Shown here: positions 61,915-64,000 of the stretch, in pieces | Position numbering within the stretch: position 1 is the first letter of the stretch | How the letters are laid out: each line of letters begins with the position of its first letter | Assembly: GCA_000002445.1 (NCBI GenBank) | Contig: CM000207.1 | Coordinates: forward strand, 2,400,001 to 2,464,000 | Direction of reading: 5' to 3' | DNA: 64,000 nt | Origin: Trypanosoma brucei | Taxonomy: Eukaryota | Notes under the pieces: generated by a model | What the model was told of the DNA's origin: nothing | Database searches by the model: none | Seen by the model: the letters and a program-made list of their open reading frames with translations, nothing else | Made by a program: the position numbers and the translations under genes

Positions 61915-63278
61915 TGGTAATGGTGAGAAGGGGACAAGCCCCGGCCGCCAATAAATAGGTGCTAAAAACGCCTTAGGAACCGCTATGGAAGAGAGGGATC
62001 CTCCAACACAAATCTGTGACCGAGTCTCAGCAATTCGTAGATCCAGAGAAGGTGTTTAATTTGAACATAGAAATCCTCCAGCGGTGTCATGAACTTACCC
62101 CCATTTCCACTACATCCATGCGCGGCAGAAGGCACTGATGAAAATTTTTAAAAAGGTAGTGGAGGATGCCATTACACAAGCTCCGGCAGGCGCAACCAAA
62201 TCTGTTGAGTGCAGCATTTCATTGTTTTGCACTTGCCTGTCGACAGCGAGCGTGGACTTGATAGTCATCTCCGATCGTTAGTACACCCAATGCGATCCCC
62301 TTCCTGATTTCCTCCAGTCAACAGTTAGGCCAAGGTGGTGGAAAGTCACCATTCATCGTTACATACAGAGCATGATAGAAAAAAAAAAATGTCCCCTGCA
62401 CACGAAAAAACAATGGCACGGTTGTTTGTTATGTAACCTGACCGTGTGTATATCCCTGTTTACACTCCATTGATGTATTAGCCTTTGTGTGAACCATTAA
62501 CTAGAAGGCGGTGACGGCATATTAAGCAACAAGAAGCATGATAAGATTTTTAATGAGGGAAAGAAAAGGTAAAAGGGAACAACATTATGGTATTGAGGAT
62601 ATAGCGAACATGATGCTCAGTAAATTCAAATATTAAGATAGCTCCACATCAGTTCACCGCACTGCGCAACGCGGTGGTGGGATTCCCACTTTTGTATACA
62701 TCAAGAAATGCAACATTCATAGTGTCGTTATCTGCAGTTGCTCAACAATGAGTGCGCCTTGGCGGACTCATTACCCCCATACAAAGCAAAACGGTAAATA
62801 AACGTAATGTTTTTGTGCCATTGTTCTTTTTTTCTTTTTTTCTTTTTTTCTTTTTCCCCCTCCCCTCGTTTCTCACGCAGTAGGAAGAGTAGCATACACA
62901 TACATACGTGTCAAGGGAAAGTATTTACCACACATAAATGTAGTTCGAATACCTAATATGAACCCATTAGTGATGTTAGTAGGCACGTACATTCGTTTTA
63001 TTGTTTGGCTTCATACGTCCTCATTCTGTATCACCCCACTCGGTCGTGCCTTCAGTTGTAGAGTGACAACATAACCCGGGTATGTTTTTCAAAGTTTAGA
63101 TTGAGCAAAAAAAAAAAGCAAATGGAGACGAGAGTGCAATAAGTGCGCACCCGTAGAAAATATGCAACCACAGAAAGAGCAAGAGTATGTTGAACCATTA
63201 CAAATGTACTGGACGGCAAGGCTCACATGACATGTAATCTGGGATATGGACAACAGTAGTTTCATATAATATACTACA

Positions 63279-63986
63279 TCACATCAAACGATCGACAAAT
63301 TTGTTTAACAGCGGAAAGATCGGCTTCGGGTCCAGTCCGACAGTGATGGTGGCATTCGATACGGACAACAGTAGTCCCGATATATTGAAGGGGAGCCTAA
63401 ATCCATGCGGATCTGCATTAAACAAAGGAAGACCTACCTCATCGAGAAACCGACGGATATCTGTATTTAGAGTCGTTGAGTTCAAACCATCGATAAGCGA
63501 AGTGCCCAGTTCTGTCACTACATCCATAGACGATAACTTCAGGTCTAATGTATTGTTGTCGATGGACATGTGCCTTACATTAGCGGTCAAGTTCACAACC
63601 ATATTCAACACAGTGAATGACACGTTGTCCTCCGATACCATTTCCAGTGTAAAATTACCATTACGTGAGTTGAAAATGAATGCTCCGCCACTAACGGTCT
63701 CCAGCCATGGAGGCGATGGCAACACAGCCGAGACGCCAAAGTTGCATCCACGGCACAACCTGAATAACTCTGGGTACATGGGCTCAATTAGTGAAGAGTT
63801 GTACCTTTCTGGGAGGAGTAGGGAAACATTTAGCATGCTCCAGTTATTGAGCAAGCGGAGTACGTTGTTTGCAGCTCTGTATGAAGAGGTGATACTAACG
63901 CTCCGATATGGAAGTGACTGATCCACTGCAAGAACCTCATCTTGCGACACTACTCGAGACGAGGACTCATCGGAAAAAATACCCAT
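63279..63986 (-). CDS. hypothetical protein with many N-x-S/T sequons, at least 235 aa. The true start may lie beyond the window end.
   Basis: ORF track. At least 10 N-glycosylation sequons (NVS, NSS, NFT, NVS, NLT, NNT, NST, NIS, NAT). Repetitive Leu-rich segments. It competes with the overlapping + ORF 63301-63921. Strand choice is uncertain. Confidence 0.35.
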   Translation of the reverse strand: MGIFSDESSSRVVSQDEVLAVDQSLPYRSVSITSSYRAANNVLRLLNNWSMLNVSLLLPERYNSSLIEPMYPELFRLCRGCNFGVSAVLPSPPWLETVSGGAFIFNSRNGNFTLEMVSEDNVSFTVLNMVVNLTANVRHMSIDNNTLDLKLSSMDVVTELGTSLIDGLNSTTLNTDIRRFLDEVGLPLFNADPHGFRLPFNISGLLLSVSNATITVGLDPKPIFPLLNKFVDRLM

Positions 63987-64000
63987 TAAAAGCTCTGCTC

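Noticed and set aside
63301-63921. 206-aa + strand ORF overlapping the - strand 235-aa ORF
   Set aside because: The - strand ORF is longer, matches the orientation of the surrounding gene run and is rich in N-x-S/T sequons. However, strand assignment here remains uncertain (see the feature's confidence).
1-64000. Prokaryotic reading (operons, CRISPR array, integrons) of the regularly spaced repeats
   Set aside because: The repeat period is ~8.46 kb, not tens of bp. The units carry a full-length eukaryotic-style signal-peptide/GPI gene. Upstream polyY+AG elements, microsatellites and an RHS gene indicate a kinetoplastid nuclear locus. No Shine-Dalgarno/operon structure or short direct repeats with spacers are present.

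Overview
This window reads as nuclear DNA from a kinetoplastid, most likely an African-trypanosome-like genome, and not as prokaryotic sequence. The evidence is long same-strand gene runs, polypyrimidine tracts followed by AG upstream of ORFs (SL trans-splice acceptor architecture), abundant (TA)n/(CA)n/(GT)n/(AAT)n microsatellites, GPI-type surface-protein genes and an RHS (retrotransposon hot spot) gene. 

The dominant feature is a ~39 kb head-to-tail tandem array (about 6910-46180, period ~8.46 kb, 4.6 units). Each unit carries one + strand gene of 473-475 aa. Each product has an N-terminal signal peptide, a Cys-containing divergent ectodomain, a conserved dibasic RQKR site, a Thr/Pro/Ser-rich acidic tail and a hydrophobic GPI-signal-like C-terminus (..INCPLGLILLLV). 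The five paralogs are sequence mosaics of one another: near-identical 5' ends and 3' ends, with patchwork-shared internal blocks. This is the signature of segmental gene conversion in a variant surface glycoprotein-like family. Only ~1.4 kb of each 8.46 kb unit is coding. The remaining ~7 kb is conserved between units but carries no conserved ORF. 

Upstream of the array (4204-5439, +) lies a GPI-anchored ORF resembling the ESAG6/PAG transferrin-receptor-like (VSG N-domain-like) family. Downstream, across an AT-rich convergent strand-switch (~43.7-47.6 kb), a minus-strand gene run begins. It contains an RHS-family gene (P-loop GTHGIGKS), several hypothetical proteins and a small C3HC4 RING-finger ORF. 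These are embedded in very long A/T-rich, microsatellite-laden intergenic DNA (52-58.5 kb). 

Family assignments rest on motif recall, not database search.
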